From: Macrostomum lignano
Taxonomy: Eukaryota
DNA: 64,000 nt
NCBI GenBank assembly: GCA_002269645.1
Contig: NIVC01000178.1
Coordinates: forward strand, 98,948 to 162,947
Reading direction: 5' to 3'
Both the position numbers and the translations under genes were made by a program. Below are positions 63,981 to 64,000 of the stretch, piece after piece. Numbering within the stretch: the first letter of the stretch is position 1; each line of letters opens with the position of its first letter. Under the pieces are notes generated by a model that was given only the letters and a program-made list of their open reading frames with translations, made no database searches and was not told where the DNA came from.

Positions 63981-64000
63981 AAAGTTTTTGCTTTGGCTCT

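Larger units (their letters stand above)
60958..64000 (-). mobile_element. Second, larger copy of the CATACATGCGCAAC-TIR element (extends beyond the window end), also carrying the 28S fragment
   Basis: TIR at 60958-60971. 60972-61035 is the reverse-complement homologue of 10680-10741 (GGCCGGAT(C/T)GGCC hairpin, TTGCGACTT). The 28S fragment and upstream AAAGCAAAA...CTTNGGTAAACGG are shared with copy 1. Confidence 0.8.

Noticed and set aside
57586-64000. Fanzor/TnpB or other RNA-guided nuclease cargo in the hAT and mariner elements
   Set aside because: No ORF with RuvC or zinc-ribbon motifs was seen; the only coding content is the decayed hAT transposase and short unassigned frames.

Overview
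Eukaryotic (invertebrate) genomic DNA, not prokaryotic. The style (GC-moderate exons, introns filled with locus-specific minisatellites, very short introns) suggests a free-living flatworm such as Macrostomum; this is an inference. Six spliced protein-coding genes can be reconstructed by hand: Rab24-like GTPase (+), NCKIPSD/SPIN90 (+, 8 exons, one GC-AG intron), a 3-Ig type I membrane protein (-), a clan-3 CYP3A-like P450 (+), ASCC2 (-, 7 exons) and a TSP1-repeat type I membrane protein (-). The rest is more than 25 tandem arrays plus transposons: a 5'-truncated RNase H LINE with a 12-bp TSD, a dead Buster/Charlie-type hAT with nested elements, and mariner-, Kolobok- and TTAA-type MITEs. The most unusual item is a non-autonomous DNA transposon family (TIR CATACATGCGCAAC, 8-bp TSD) present twice, at 10469-10755 and 60958->64000. 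Both copies carry the same ungapped 64-nt piece of 28S rRNA spanning the R2-retrotransposon/I-PpoI target site. The arms of this piece stay about 90% identical to 28S while the 15-nt cleavage core is scrambled. Also notable: a minisatellite born from the last codons of the P450, and an ASCC2 5' exon with no in-frame ATG upstream of its homologous N-terminus, which fits an AUG donated by a spliced leader. All identities were counted by eye against remembered reference sequences; no searches were run.
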